Assembly: GCA_044869275.1 (NCBI GenBank) | Contig: JBIOXB010000187.1 | Span: 1 to 43,906, forward strand | DNA length: 43,906 nt | Source: a bacterium | GTDB taxonomy: Bacteria; Zhuqueibacterota; Zhuqueibacteria; Zhuqueibacterales; Zhuqueibacteraceae | Direction: 5' to 3' | Part shown: in pieces, positions 18,196 through 28,142 of the stretch | Numbering within the stretch: position 1 is the first letter of the stretch | How the letters are laid out: the number at the start of each line of letters is the position of its first letter | Program-made: the position numbers and the translations under genes | The notes under the pieces: generated by a model | What the model was told of the DNA's origin: nothing | Seen by the model: only the letters and a program-made list of their open reading frames with translations | Databases searched by the model: none

Positions 18196-19014
18196 CTAGA
18201 GACCTACCGTTAAGATTTCCGCCTGTCCTTCTCTCACCACCACGGTGTGCTCGAAATGCGCCGAAGGCAGTTTATCCTTCGTCACGACCGTCCACTTGTC
18301 CTTTTCCGTTTTCACCTCCGCTGTGCCGGCGTTGACCATCGGCTCGATCGCCAAAACCATGCCGGCGCGCAAGCGTACGCCTTTATGGGGCGGACCGTAG
18401 TTTGGAATCTGTGGTTCCTCGTGCAGCTTCTTCCCCACGCCGTGGCCGACCAGATCGCGCACGACGCTGAAACCCGCGGCTTCGACATGTACTTGCACGG
18501 CATGGGAAATATCCGAGAGCCGGTTTCCCGCCACGGCCTGGGCAATGCCTTGAGAGAGAGAATCCCACGTCACTTTCATCAGGCGCTGGCGTTCCGCGTC
18601 AATCTTCCCGATGGCGTAAGTTTTCGCCGCATCGCCGAAATAGCCTTCATATTCAATGCCGACGTCGACGCTGACAATCTCCCCGGCCATCAACTTACGG
18701 CTGCCGGGAATGCCATGCACCACGACGTGCTCGATGGAGATGCAACTGCTCGCGGGAAAGACCGCTTTGCCCATTTGGTAACCCTTGAACGCCGGCCGCC
18801 CGCCCAGTTTTTTGATGTGCTCTTCGATGGCATGATCCAAATCCGCCGTGGCCAGGCCTGCGCTGATGATCTCGTCAATTTTGTGAAAGGTATCGACAAC
18901 CAAACGGCAACTCTCGCGAATCCGGTCGATCTCGCGCTCACTACGAATGTGAATCATGCCCGCGGATTCTTCATGCTCTTTGTCCCAAAATCTCTCCCAG
19001 AGTCGCTCAATCAT
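18196..19014 (-). CDS. map: Methionine aminopeptidase type I
   Basis: VVHGIP, SVDVG, GDAA, GHGVG..LHEEP, IEPM and SAHFEHT motifs. Start is 19014 (ATGA overlap with adk) or 18957. Confidence 0.98.
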   Translation of the reverse strand: MIERLWERFWDKEHEESAGMIHIRSEREIDRIRESCRLVVDTFHKIDEIISAGLATADLDHAIEEHIKKLGGRPAFKGYQMGKAVFPASSCISIEHVVVHGIPGSRKLMAGEIVSVDVGIEYEGYFGDAAKTYAIGKIDAERQRLMKVTWDSLSQGIAQAVAGNRLSDISHAVQVHVEAAGFSVVRDLVGHGVGKKLHEEPQIPNYGPPHKGVRLRAGMVLAIEPMVNAGTAEVKTEKDKWTVVTKDKLPSAHFEHTVVVREGQAEILTVGL

Positions 19015-19664
19015 AACGCAAAAGCTTTTAATCTTCTTTCGATCTCGACGTGCACTTTCTCTACGCTCAAGTTGCCGTCGATTTGCAGGAGCTTGCCTTG
19101 CGCGCCGAAATAGTCCTTGAGCGGCTGCGTCTGCTCTTCATAAACATCCATACGGTGCAGCACCGTTTCTTTGGTGTCATCCGAACGCTGATAAATCTCG
19201 CCGTCGCAGGCATCACAACGGTTGTTGTCAGGCGGCGGGTCCGTGAGCAAATTGAAGAGCTTTCCGCATCGCCGGCACACGCGCCGGCTGGTGAGCCGCT
19301 CAACGACTCTTTTCTTCTCAATCTCCAGGCTGATCACCGCCGTCAGCCGGCGATTATGAAACAGCATGATGTGATCCAGCTCGTGCGCTTGATGAATCGT
19401 CCTGGGAAAGCCGTCGAGAATGAAACCCGCCACTGAATCCGGCTCGAGCAGGCGCTGCACCACCAACCCGATCGTGACTTCGTCGGGCACGAGCTCGCCG
19501 CGATCCATGAACTGCTTGGCTTGCAAGCCCAGATCGGTTTTGGCGGCGACGGCGGCGCGCAGGATATCTCCGGTCGAAATTTTCGGGATGCGGTATTGTT
19601 CGCTCAACAATCCGGCCTGGGTTCCCTTTCCCGAACCGGGATAACCGAGAAAGATCAGCTCCAT
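19011..19664 (-). CDS. adk: Adenylate kinase (Zn-lid type)
   Basis: GYPGSGKGTQA, ISTGDILR and ILDGFPRT motifs; lid C-x2-C-x16-C-x2-C. Confidence 0.99.
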   Translation of the reverse strand: MELIFLGYPGSGKGTQAGLLSEQYRIPKISTGDILRAAVAAKTDLGLQAKQFMDRGELVPDEVTIGLVVQRLLEPDSVAGFILDGFPRTIHQAHELDHIMLFHNRRLTAVISLEIEKKRVVERLTSRRVCRRCGKLFNLLTDPPPDNNRCDACDGEIYQRSDDTKETVLHRMDVYEEQTQPLKDYFGAQGKLLQIDGNLSVEKVHVEIERRLKAFAL

Positions 19665-19741
19665 ACGATCGTCAGTTCAGAGAAGATGAATATCGACGCA
19701 CAGCCGATCCGGGATTGGCGCCAAACCCTCCGCGGCGGCGC

Positions 19742-21076
19742 TCATGCATAACGTCTGCCGCGAATCCGACCTCCCTTCATGAAGCCGTCATAATGCCGCA
19801 TTAAAAGATGCGATTCCAACTGCTGCAACAAATCGAGCGCCACGCCGACGACGATCAACAGCGAGGTGCCGCCGAAAAACGAAGCGAGATTGTACGAAAC
19901 GTTCATAAATTTGGCGATCAAGTAAGGAAAAATGGCGATGATCGCCAAAAAAATCGAGCCCGGCAATGTGATGCGCGTCAGGATGTGATCGATGTATTCC
20001 GCGGTCTTTTTACCCGGACGCACGCCCGGAATGAAGCCGCCGTATTTCTTCATGTTCTCCGCCACGTCGATGGGATTGAAAGCGATGGCGGTGTAAAAAT
20101 AAGTGAAGAAGACGATCATCACGCCGTACACGATCCAATACAATACCGAGGTGACATCGAAATATGAGGCAAACCGCTGCATGATCTCGTTGTTCGGAAA
20201 AAACGACGTGATGCTTTGCGGAATGAACATGATCGATTGCGCGAAAATAATCGGCATCACACCGGCAGTGTTCACGCGCAACGGAATGTGCGTGCTTTGC
20301 CCGCCATACACCTTGCGGCCGACGACGCGCTTGGCGTATTGCACCGGAATCTTGCGCACGCCCTGCGTCAGCAGCACCACGATGGCAATGGTTCCCACCA
20401 TCAACGCCAGCAGGAAAACCTCGGTCAAAATCTGGCGGTTGCCGGCGGCCACCTGCTGGATTTCATCCAAGATGGCGGCGGGAAAGCGTGCCACGATGCC
20501 GATAAAAATGATCAAAGAGACGCCGTTGCCCACGCCGCGCTCCGTGATTTGCTCGCCGAACCACATGATCAATACCGTGCCGGCCATGAGCGTGAGGACG
20601 GTCAACATGCGAAAACCCCATCCTGCATCGGGCACCACCACCATGCCATTGCTCAGCGGCTGGATATTCTCCAGAAAGATACTCACGCCGACGGCTTGCA
20701 TGGCTGCGATGAGCACCGTGCCGTAGCGCGTGTACTGCGTAATCTTTTTGCGGCCTTCCTCGCCTTCCTTCTGCAGCCGTTGAAAGTAGGGCGTGACCGC
20801 ACCCAGCAATTGAATGATGATCGAAGCCGAGATATAAGGCATGATGCCCAGCGCAAAAATCGTGGCGCGACTGAACGCCCCGCCGGCAAAGAGATCATAC
20901 AAATCCAAAATGCCGCCGCCCCTCGATTGCTCCATGAAAACAATAAGCGCCTGGCTGTTGATGCCCGGCACCGGAATGTGCGTGCCAATACGCTCGACGA
21001 TCAGCACCAGCAGCGTGAAGAGGATGCGCTTCTTCAGCTCGGGAATCTTGAAGAGATTTTGAAAGCTGCTCAGCAT
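19742..21076 (-). CDS. secY: Preprotein translocase SecY
   Basis: FALGIMPYISASII, EQITERGVGNGVSLIIF, AGVMPIIFA, FIPGVRPG and FGGTSLLIVVGV motifs. Confidence 0.99.
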   Translation of the reverse strand: MLSSFQNLFKIPELKKRILFTLLVLIVERIGTHIPVPGINSQALIVFMEQSRGGGILDLYDLFAGGAFSRATIFALGIMPYISASIIIQLLGAVTPYFQRLQKEGEEGRKKITQYTRYGTVLIAAMQAVGVSIFLENIQPLSNGMVVVPDAGWGFRMLTVLTLMAGTVLIMWFGEQITERGVGNGVSLIIFIGIVARFPAAILDEIQQVAAGNRQILTEVFLLALMVGTIAIVVLLTQGVRKIPVQYAKRVVGRKVYGGQSTHIPLRVNTAGVMPIIFAQSIMFIPQSITSFFPNNEIMQRFASYFDVTSVLYWIVYGVMIVFFTYFYTAIAFNPIDVAENMKKYGGFIPGVRPGKKTAEYIDHILTRITLPGSIFLAIIAIFPYLIAKFMNVSYNLASFFGGTSLLIVVGVALDLLQQLESHLLMRHYDGFMKGGRIRGRRYA

Positions 21077-21090
21077 GAACTTTTTCCAAA

Positions 21091-21555
21091 TTAGGCGGAG
21101 GCTGCGTGCGCCGCCGGCACTTCGACGGCCTTGCCGCCAGCCTTTTCGATTTTGTCACGCGCCGATTTGCTGAAACGATGCGCGTGCACTTCCAGCGCTT
21201 GCGTCATTTCGCCGGTGCCCAGTATTTTAATGGGCACGTTTTTCTTCCGCACCACCCGCCGGGACAGCAGCACCTCGGGCGTCACCAGCTTCACCTCTTT
21301 CAGGTGCGCGAGCGCCTCCAAATTGACCACCTGATACTCCGTGCGGAAGACGTTGTGGAAACCGCGCTTGGGCAAACGGCGGTGCAGCGGCATTTGCCCG
21401 CCTTCAAACCCGAACTTGGCGTGCGCGCCCGAACGCGAGTGCTGGCCTTTATGGCCGCGCGTTGCGGTTTTGCCGTGTCCCGAGCCTGCGCCACGACCGA
21501 CGACTTTGCGGCGTTTGCGCGACCCGGCGGCATATTTCAAGCGAGAAAGTTCCAT
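21091..21555 (-). CDS. rplO: 50S ribosomal protein L15
   Basis: GRGAGSGHGKTATRGHKGQ and FEGGQMPLHRRLPKRGF motifs. Confidence 0.99.
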   Translation of the reverse strand: MELSRLKYAAGSRKRRKVVGRGAGSGHGKTATRGHKGQHSRSGAHAKFGFEGGQMPLHRRLPKRGFHNVFRTEYQVVNLEALAHLKEVKLVTPEVLLSRRVVRKKNVPIKILGTGEMTQALEVHAHRFSKSARDKIEKAGGKAVEVPAAHAASA

Positions 21556-21603
21556 ATAATCGTCGCGAATAGAAAGATTGAATCGTGTGTCCGGCGTCAG
21601 TGC

Positions 21604-21786
21604 CTATTTCACTTCTTCGAATTCCACCAAGTGGCTCACTTTGGCGATCATGCCGCGAATGTGCGGTGCGTCGTTTTTGATCACCTGCTGCCGGATGCGC
21701 CGCAGCCCCAACGCCTTCATGGTCAGCTTTTGTGGCTGCGGACGATTGATGACGCTACGCACTTGTGTAATTTTAAGTTTTTTCAT
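21604..21786 (-). CDS. rpmD: 50S ribosomal protein L30
   Basis: LKITQVRSVI, ALGLRRI and GMIAKVSHLV motifs. Confidence 0.98.
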   Translation of the reverse strand: MKKLKITQVRSVINRPQPQKLTMKALGLRRIRQQVIKNDAPHIRGMIAKVSHLVEFEEVK

Positions 21787-21787
21787 T

Positions 21788-22312
21788 TCAGTTCTCTGCC
21801 CGATTGCGAAAAAAAACTTCCCGCACGGTCATGCCGCGCCGCTGGGCGAGCGTACTGATGTCCACCAAATTCACCAACGCGTCGATGGTCGCTTTCACGA
21901 CATTGTGGGGATTGTTCGAACCCATGGATTTCGACAAAACATCGTGAACGCCCGCCGCCTCCATGATTGCGCGCACAGCGCCGCCGGCGATGACGCCCGT
22001 GCCGGGAGAAGCCGGTTTCAAGAAAACTTTGCCCGCGCCATATTTGCCTTTGATCTCATGCGGCAGCGTGCCGTTGACGACCGGTACACGGATCAAGGTT
22101 TTTTTCGCGTTCTCCGCGCCTTTGGAAATGGCGTCGGTCACCTCTTTGCCTTTACCCAGGCCGAAACCGACATGGCCTTTGCCGTCGCCGACCACGACGA
22201 TGGCATTGAAGCCGAAGCGCCGCCCGCCTTTTACCACCTTGGCCGTACGGTTGACGGCCACCACATGCTCTTTCAAGTCCAATTCGTTCGGACTAATTCG
22301 CTCTTTACGCAC
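21788..22312 (-). CDS. rpsE: 30S ribosomal protein S5
   Basis: [15 protein letters not shown] and [12 protein letters not shown] motifs; GTG start. Confidence 0.99.
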   Translation of the reverse strand: MRKERISPNELDLKEHVVAVNRTAKVVKGGRRFGFNAIVVVGDGKGHVGFGLGKGKEVTDAISKGAENAKKTLIRVPVVNGTLPHEIKGKYGAGKVFLKPASPGTGVIAGGAVRAIMEAAGVHDVLSKSMGSNNPHNVVKATIDALVNLVDISTLAQRRGMTVREVFFRNRAEN

Positions 22313-22327
22313 AATCGCACTCCGTCG

Positions 22328-22702
22328 TCAAAACTCGAGACCACCTTGGCGCGCGCCGTCGGCCAGAGCCCGAATACGGCCATGATAGACATAGCCGCTG
22401 CGGTCGAAAACCACGCGCCGGTAACCCAGCCCTTTGGCTTTCGCGGCAATGGCCTTGCCGACAATGTGCGCTTCCACAGTTTTATTTTCCGCCTTCTTGA
22501 TTTCTTCGCGCAGGTCTTTGCTCACCGTCGATACCGTGGTAATGGTTTTCTTGGCTTGATCATCCACCAATTGCGCGTAAATGTTTTTCAAGCTGCGGAA
22601 CACCACCAGCCGCGGCCGGCCGGGGGCTCCCACAATTTTGCGCCGGAGTACGCGTTTTTTGCGCACGCGGCGAACTCGCGGATCGACTCTCTTGAATCCC
22701 AT
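22328..22702 (-). CDS. rplR: 50S ribosomal protein L18
   Basis: RPRLVVFRS..IYAQ, VVFDRSGYVYHGR and ARQGGLEF motifs. Confidence 0.99.
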   Translation of the reverse strand: MGFKRVDPRVRRVRKKRVLRRKIVGAPGRPRLVVFRSLKNIYAQLVDDQAKKTITTVSTVSKDLREEIKKAENKTVEAHIVGKAIAAKAKGLGYRRVVFDRSGYVYHGRIRALADGARQGGLEF

Positions 22703-22730
22703 CGCCTCTCTCTCGTTTGTAAATCAGCGT

Positions 22731-22789
22731 CAGTTTTTAGTGAATCCCGTGATTCAATGAATCCCGACACTTCGGGATTCTTCAAACTG
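22731..22789. repeat. Palindromic element with internal direct repeat (rplF-rplR spacer)
   Basis: TGAATCCCG twice (22741, 22758); perfect GAATCCCGA-cact-TCGGGATTC hairpin; outer CAGTTT/AAACTG. Confidence 0.65.
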
Positions 22790-22859
22790 GCACTGTCCCA
22801 CTCCCATGCCATCCTTGCAACAACTCGGTCCAAGCGCCAACACCGTGTGTTTGCGATTG

Positions 22860-22920
22860 ATTACGTCTTACACCTTACGCATTTGCCGGCATGCCGAAAA
22901 CGCGACACGTCACCGGCAAA
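22860..22920. repeat. Heptamer array, family B (rplF-rplR spacer)
   Basis: attacgt cttacac cttacgc atttgcc ... gaaaacg cgacacg; stem TTTGCCGG/CCGGCAAA. Confidence 0.65.
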
Positions 22921-22927
22921 AAAATGA

Positions 22928-23464
22928 TTACGCCGCAGTCTTGCCAGCCTTCCGGCGAACAACTTCATCGGTGTACTTGATGCCCTTGCCCTTGTACGGT
23001 TCTGGCGGTTTGAACATCCGGATCTTGGCCGCGACCTGGCCGACCAACTCTTTGTCCGTGCCGCTGATCTTGATGAGGGTCGGGGTTTCGCAGGCAATGG
23101 CAATGCTTTCGGGCGGCACGAACACGATGGGATGCGACTGGCCGACGTTCAGCACCAGGCGCTTGCCCTTCATTTCGCCTTTGAAGCCCACGCCCACGAT
23201 TTCGAGTTTTTTCTCGAAGCCCTTCGTCACACCGAGAATCATGTTGTTGATCAAGCTGCGATACAGGCCGTGCAGCGCTTTGTTGAATTTCGAATCATTC
23301 GGCCGGCTGACGCTGACGTTGCCGTCCTTCACCGCCACACCGATGAGCGGATTCACATTGCGCCACAACTCGCCTTTCGGACCCTTGACCGAGACGGCGG
23401 CGTCTTTCACCGCCACTTGCACACCGGCAGGAATGGGAATCGGTTTTTTGCCAATACGAGACAC
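22928..23464 (-). CDS. rplF: 50S ribosomal protein L6
   Basis: SRIGKKPI, VKGPKGEL and PPEPYKGKGIKY motifs; GTG start. Confidence 0.99.
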   Translation of the reverse strand: MSRIGKKPIPIPAGVQVAVKDAAVSVKGPKGELWRNVNPLIGVAVKDGNVSVSRPNDSKFNKALHGLYRSLINNMILGVTKGFEKKLEIVGVGFKGEMKGKRLVLNVGQSHPIVFVPPESIAIACETPTLIKISGTDKELVGQVAAKIRMFKPPEPYKGKGIKYTDEVVRRKAGKTAA

Positions 23465-23482
23465 GAAATTATCCCTTATCGC

Positions 23483-23878
23483 TTACCAAACATAAAACAA
23501 CACTTCGCCGCCGACGTTGAGGGTGCGGGCATCACGGTCGGTAATGACGCCCCGCGGCGTCGACAGCACGGCCAGACCATAATTATTGTACACTCGGGGC
23601 AGGCTTTTCACGCCGCTGTACTGGCGCAAGCCCGGCTTGCTCACGCGCCGCAATCCGCGAATCACCGGCTTCTCATACTCGTCGTATTTCAAATAAATAC
23701 GAATGAGATTTTGCAGCTTGTCTTCGATCACGAGATAATCGCGAATGTAGCCGTGATGCTGCAGAATCTTGGTGATGTCGATCTTCATGCGCGAAGCCGG
23801 AATATCGACCTTCGGATGCTTTGCGCGCCCGGCATTGCGGATACACGTGAGGAAATCTGCAATCGGATCAGTTTGCAT
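23483..23878 (-). CDS. rpsH: 30S ribosomal protein S8
   Basis: DPIADFLTCIRNA, RVSKPGLRQY and GGEVLFYVW motifs. Confidence 0.99.
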   Translation of the reverse strand: MQTDPIADFLTCIRNAGRAKHPKVDIPASRMKIDITKILQHHGYIRDYLVIEDKLQNLIRIYLKYDEYEKPVIRGLRRVSKPGLRQYSGVKSLPRVYNNYGLAVLSTPRGVITDRDARTLNVGGEVLFYVW

Positions 23879-23899
23879 CTTGAAATCCCGAATAAGAGC

Positions 23900-24085
23900 T
23901 TACCAACTTGCTTTGGTCACACCCGGTATTTTGCCGTCGAGCGCCAAATTCCGGAAGCAGATGCGGCACAAGCCGAAGCGGCGCAAATACGCACGCGGGC
24001 GCCCGCACTGCATGCAGCGGTTATGTTGCCGACTCGAAAACTTCGGCTTGCGCTGCGCTTTTTCTCGCATTGCTTTTCTGGCCAC
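23900..24085 (-). CDS. rpsN: 30S ribosomal protein S14 type Z (Zn-binding)
   Basis: 61 aa; [18 protein letters not shown] and PGVTKASW motifs. Confidence 0.99.
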   Translation of the reverse strand: MARKAMREKAQRKPKFSSRQHNRCMQCGRPRAYLRRFGLCRICFRNLALDGKIPGVTKASW

Positions 24086-24166
24086 AATCAGTCCCTATTG
24101 ACAGCTTTTGCCACTTGAGGTGAATGAGCTTCAAAACTTCCCAACAACTGTTACTCGGTGCGCCCT

Positions 24167-24862
24167 TTAGCGCTTGCGGAACGGCATGCCAAAACCCGCC
24201 AGCAATTCATAGCATTCTTCATCGCTCTTGGCGGTGGTCACGAAGGTGATGTTCATGCCGCGAATTTTGATTACTTTGTCGTAGTTGATTTCCGGAAAAA
24301 CGATCTGTTCGCGGATGCTGATGGAATAATTACCGCGGCCGTCGAACGATTTGTCCGGCAATCCGCGGAAGTCCCGGATGCGCGGCACGGCGATGCTGAT
24401 GAAGCGGTCCAGGAACTCATACATGCGAAAACCGCGCAGCGTCACCATGCAGCCGATGGCCATCTTCTCGCGCAGCTTGAAATTCGAGATCGACTTTTTC
24501 GCGCGCGTGATCACCGGCTTTTGTCCGGCGATGACTTGCATGTCGGCCACGGCCGAATCGAGAAATTTTTGGTCGTCCACCGCGTCACCCACGCCCATGT
24601 TCAACACGATTTTCGCCAGGCGCGGCGCTTGCAATTTGTTCTTGTAATTGAACCGTTTGACCAGCGCGGGCAAGATTTCTTCGCGATAAGCCTTCATCGG
24701 ACGCGGCACATACTCTTTAGGCAGTTGCTCGCCGGCTGCGCCTTCCGGCTTGGCCGCGGCCGCCGCTTTGGAGGCGGTCTTTTTGACGCCCTTATCCGGT
24801 TTGGCCGGTGCGCCTTTTTCTTTGCCTTTGTCCTTGCCCGCTGCTTTTGCTTTTTCCGCCAT
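24167..24862 (-). CDS. rplE: 50S ribosomal protein L5 with Lys/Ala-rich N-terminal extension
   Basis: [35 protein letters not shown] and EQIVFPEI motifs; TGATG coupling to rplX. Confidence 0.99.
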   Translation of the reverse strand: MAEKAKAAGKDKGKEKGAPAKPDKGVKKTASKAAAAAKPEGAAGEQLPKEYVPRPMKAYREEILPALVKRFNYKNKLQAPRLAKIVLNMGVGDAVDDQKFLDSAVADMQVIAGQKPVITRAKKSISNFKLREKMAIGCMVTLRGFRMYEFLDRFISIAVPRIRDFRGLPDKSFDGRGNYSISIREQIVFPEINYDKVIKIRGMNITFVTTAKSDEECYELLAGFGMPFRKR

Positions 24863-25203
24863 CACTTCACCTTGCTTTCAGCGATAATCTCGCCGCTTTT
24901 CTTCGCCACGCGCACGCGATTGCGCGAGGTTTTATCCGAGGCCTGAATCATCTGCACACCCACGCGTGTCGGTACGCCCTGCTTGGGGTCGAGCAGCATC
25001 ACGTTGGACACGTGGATCGCCGCCTCCTTTTCAATAATGCCGCCCTGCGGATTGCGTTGCGAGGGGCGCGTGTGGCGTTTGATCAAGTTCACGCCTTCGA
25101 CGATCAGGCGCTGTTTTTCGGAAAACACCTTCAGCACGCGACCCTTTTTGCCGCGATCATCGCCGGAGATCACTACCACTTGGTCATTTCTACGAATTCT
25201 CAT
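24862..25203 (-). CDS. rplX: 50S ribosomal protein L24
   Basis: [16 protein letters not shown] motif; [15 protein letters not shown]. Confidence 0.99.
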   Translation of the reverse strand: MRIRRNDQVVVISGDDRGKKGRVLKVFSEKQRLIVEGVNLIKRHTRPSQRNPQGGIIEKEAAIHVSNVMLLDPKQGVPTRVGVQMIQASDKTSRNRVRVAKKSGEIIAESKVK

Positions 25204-25228
25204 GGCCGTTCATCCTCGAAGCGCGAGT

Positions 25229-25597
25229 TTATAACACTTCCGGTGCGAGAGAAATAATTTTCATGTACTGCTTGTCGCGCAGCTCCCGTGCCACCGGTCC
25301 GAAAATACGCGTCCCTTTCGGTTCTTTGTCGTCATTGATCAGCACCGCCGCGTTTTCGTCGAAGCGGATGTACGAACCGTCTTTGCGGCGCACTTCGCGC
25401 TTGGTGCGCACGATCACCGCGTGGCTGATATCGCCTTTTTTCACACCGGCGCCCGGAATTGCGGACTTCACCGCCACGACGATCTCGTCGCCCACCGAGC
25501 CATAACGGCGCTTGCTGCCGCCCATAATGCGGATGCACATCACCTTTTTGGCGCCGGTGTTGTCCGCCACATTGAGTCTTGTATATTCCTGGACCAT
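25229..25597 (-). CDS. rplN: 50S ribosomal protein L14
   Basis: [29 protein letters not shown] and SLAPEVL motifs. Confidence 0.99.
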   Translation of the reverse strand: MVQEYTRLNVADNTGAKKVMCIRIMGGSKRRYGSVGDEIVVAVKSAIPGAGVKKGDISHAVIVRTKREVRRKDGSYIRFDENAAVLINDDKEPKGTRIFGPVARELRDKQYMKIISLAPEVL

Positions 25598-25653
25598 TTC
25601 AAACTCCGTCAGTGCCTAGGCCATACGTTCGCGGTTAATCTTCTATATTCTTC

Positions 25654-25694
25654 CCGTTGATCATTGGCCATTGCTCATGGTCAATGATCAATGG
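25654..25694. repeat. Heptamer palindrome, family A (rpsQ-rplN spacer)
   Basis: CCGTTGATCATTGGCCAT-tgctc-ATGGTCAATGATCAATGG; 18-bp stem with two G.T on the + strand. Confidence 0.85.
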
Positions 25695-25722
25695 ATAATC
25701 GCCGCTTACAAAACGAACCAAA

Positions 25723-26007
25723 CTACTTCGCCTTCTCGACGATCTCCACCAACCGCCAGCGTTTTCTTTTGCTGAGCGGCCGGGTTTCCGAGATCAAAAC
25801 CGTGTCACCGATTTTGGCTTCGTCCTTCTCGTCGTGCGCCATGAATTGGGAGGACTGCTTGTAGTATTTGCCGTACAGCTTGTGGCGCTTCAAGCGTTCC
25901 ACCGACACCACGATGCTCTTTTTCATCTTGTCGCTGACGACTTTGCCGACTTTGGTTTTGCGCCGGCCGCGTTCTGTGGTTGGCGTAACAGTCGCTGGTT
26001 CCGTCAT
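25723..26007 (-). CDS. rpsQ: 30S ribosomal protein S17
   Basis: [18 protein letters not shown] and [13 protein letters not shown] motifs. Confidence 0.99.
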   Translation of the reverse strand: MTEPATVTPTTERGRRKTKVGKVVSDKMKKSIVVSVERLKRHKLYGKYYKQSSQFMAHDEKDEAKIGDTVLISETRPLSKRKRWRLVEIVEKAK

Positions 26008-26020
26008 ATTGATCTATTCC

Positions 26021-26239
26021 TCAAGCTTTGGCTTCACGCGGCGCGCGTTTGCCGCTGCGATATTCGTTCAAAATCGTTCTGATGCGCGCGAGGTCGCGGC
26101 GCACATGGCGCAGGCGCAAGGGATTGTCCAATTGCCGGGTGGCGTGCTGAAAGCGGAAGTTCTGATATTCCTCGGACAAATCTTTCAAGCGGTTTTCCAG
26201 CTCCGCCGGCGTCAACTCTAGCATTTCATTCATTCTCAT
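26021..26239 (-). CDS. rpmC: 50S ribosomal protein L29
   Basis: [26 protein letters not shown]. Start likely ATG 26239 (AGGAG 6 nt upstream). Confidence 0.98.
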   Translation of the reverse strand: MRMNEMLELTPAELENRLKDLSEEYQNFRFQHATRQLDNPLRLRHVRRDLARIRTILNEYRSGKRAPREAKA

Positions 26240-26252
26240 TGCCAACTCCTAC

Positions 26253-26672
26253 TCAATGCACAAAATCGCTCGCGCTCACAAAGCGCGTGCGAATCGGCAG
26301 CTTGTGCGCGGCCAGGCGCATCGCTTCTTGCGCCACGTCTTTGGCCACGCCGCCGATTTCGAACAAAATGCGCCCCGGTTTGACCACCGCGACCCAAAAT
26401 TCCGGCGTGCCCTTGCCTTTTCCCATGCGCGTTTCCGCGGGCTTTTCCGTCACCGGCTTGTCGGGGAACACACGAATCCAAACCTTGCCGCCGCGCTTAA
26501 GGGAGCGCGTCATGGCCACGCGGCTGGCCTCGATTTGCCGCGCGGTGATCCACGCCGGCTCGAGCGCTTTCAGGCCAAATTCCCCGAAGGAAATCTCGCT
26601 GCCGCGCGTGGCCTTTCCTTTCATGCGGCCGCGCTGTTGTTTGCGGAATTTGACGCGTTTTGGCATTAACAT
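26253..26672 (-). CDS. rplP: 50S ribosomal protein L16
   Basis: [18 protein letters not shown] and ETRMGKGKG motifs. Confidence 0.99.
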   Translation of the reverse strand: MLMPKRVKFRKQQRGRMKGKATRGSEISFGEFGLKALEPAWITARQIEASRVAMTRSLKRGGKVWIRVFPDKPVTEKPAETRMGKGKGTPEFWVAVVKPGRILFEIGGVAKDVAQEAMRLAAHKLPIRTRFVSASDFVH

Positions 26673-26697
26673 GATTTCAACGTCTCCTCACACTCGC

Positions 26698-27327
26698 TCA
26701 GATGATTTCGCCGCGGCAAATCCACACCTTCACCCCGATGGCGCCGTACGTCGTTCTCGCGGTCGCCCGCGCAAAGTCGATGTCGGCGCGCAGCGTGTGC
26801 AACGGAATACGGCCCTCTTTGTATTGTTCCACGCGCGCCATTTCCGCGCCGCCCAGGCGGCCGGAACACAGCACACGCACGCCCTCGGCTCCCATGCGCA
26901 TCGTGCCGGTGATGGCTTTCTTCATCGCGCGGCGAAAGGCGATCTTGGCTTCCAATTGATGTGCGATGTTTTCCGCGACCAAAAACGCGTCCAGCTCCGG
27001 GCGCTTGATCTCGTTGATGTTGAGCTGAATGTCTTTCTTGGTGACGCGCTGCAATTCTTCTTTCAGTTTGTCGACTTCCGCCCCTTTGCGTCCGATGACG
27101 ATGCCCGGGCGCGCCGTGTGAATCGTCACCGTAATGCGCCGATCCGACGGGTCGCGCTCGATTTGCACGGTCGATACGCCCGCGCGTTGCAGGCGGCTAC
27201 GGACGTAACGCCGCAAATACAAATCTTCTTTCAGCTTGTCCCGAAAATTGCGGCCGCCGAACCAATTCGAGTCCCAATCGCGAATAATGCCCAGGCGAAA
27301 GCCGATGGGATGAGTTTTTTGACCCAA
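26698..27327 (-). CDS. rpsC: 30S ribosomal protein S3
   Basis: [32 protein letters not shown] and [10 protein letters not shown] motifs; TTG start with AGGAGG. Confidence 0.99.
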   Translation of the reverse strand: MGQKTHPIGFRLGIIRDWDSNWFGGRNFRDKLKEDLYLRRYVRSRLQRAGVSTVQIERDPSDRRITVTIHTARPGIVIGRKGAEVDKLKEELQRVTKKDIQLNINEIKRPELDAFLVAENIAHQLEAKIAFRRAMKKAITGTMRMGAEGVRVLCSGRLGGAEMARVEQYKEGRIPLHTLRADIDFARATARTTYGAIGVKVWICRGEII

Positions 27328-27335
27328 AATACCTC

Positions 27336-27710
27336 CTACTCAGTCAACGCTTCCGGCAATGCTTCTTTGCCGTCGGAAACGATGATGGTAATATGACAGG
27401 AACGCTTGCGAATGCGGGACGCACGGCCCATCGAGCCGGCGCGAAAACGTTTCATGGTGACGCTGGCATCCACAAAAGCCTGCGCCACGAACAAGTCGCC
27501 CGGCGCGATTCTTTTGGTGGCTTCGGTTTTGGTCATCATGTTCGCCACCGCGGAACGCAGCGTTTTTTCCACGGGCAGCGCCGCGCGCTTGCGCGTGAAA
27601 TGCAGCATGTTCAAGGCGATTTCAACATTTTTGCCGCGCACCAAATTCACCAATTGCCGCACTTTGCGGGGCGACATGCGCAGATATCGTGCTCGTGCAC
27701 GTGCTTCCAT
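27336..27710 (-). CDS. rplV: 50S ribosomal protein L22
   Basis: [15 protein letters not shown] and [15 protein letters not shown] motifs; start 27710 or 27716. Confidence 0.99.
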   Translation of the reverse strand: MEARARARYLRMSPRKVRQLVNLVRGKNVEIALNMLHFTRKRAALPVEKTLRSAVANMMTKTEATKRIAPGDLFVAQAFVDASVTMKRFRAGSMGRASRIRKRSCHITIIVSDGKEALPEALTE

Positions 27711-27722
27711 CGACATGGTCTC

Positions 27723-28031
27723 CTATTTCGGCGCCGGCGCCGGCTTTACGGTCGAGGTTTTTTCCGCCGTCGCTTTACCCGCGTGCCCGCGGAACGTGCG
27801 CGTGGGCGCAAATTCACCCAGCTTGTGGCCGACCATGTTCTCGCTGACGAACACGGGAATGAACTTGTTGCCGTTGTGAATGGCCAGCGTATGGCCGACA
27901 AACTCCGGAATGATCGTGCACCGGCGCGCCCAAGTTTTCACAACCTTCTTCTCATTGCGGTTGTTCATGATCTGGATGCGCTTCTGCAGATTCTCATCCA
28001 CGAAAGGGCCTTTTTTGACACTGCGAGGCAT
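27723..28031 (-). CDS. rpsS: 30S ribosomal protein S19
   Basis: [10 protein letters not shown] and [18 protein letters not shown] motifs. Confidence 0.99.
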   Translation of the reverse strand: MPRSVKKGPFVDENLQKRIQIMNNRNEKKVVKTWARRCTIIPEFVGHTLAIHNGNKFIPVFVSENMVGHKLGEFAPTRTFRGHAGKATAEKTSTVKPAPAPK

Positions 28032-28047
28032 GCCTTGTCCTCAAATT

Positions 28048-28130
28048 CTTACGCATTTCATTTTACGCTTCACGCCTTGGCGTTCACGTTTTACCAGTCC
28101 CGTGCACCATAAAACGTCAAGCGAAAAACG
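28048..28130. repeat. Heptamer array/palindrome, family B (rplB-rpsS spacer)
   Basis: cttacgc atttcat tttacgc ttcacgc cttggcg ttcacgt tttacca ... taaaacg tcaagcg aaaaacg. Confidence 0.8.
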
Positions 28131-28142
28131 TGTTGAACTGAA

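Noticed and set aside
22588..23103. Small minus-strand ORFs crossing the rplF-rplR spacer (22588-22833, 22861-23103)
   Set aside because: They overlap rplR/rplF out of frame and read through repeats; no recognisable domain.
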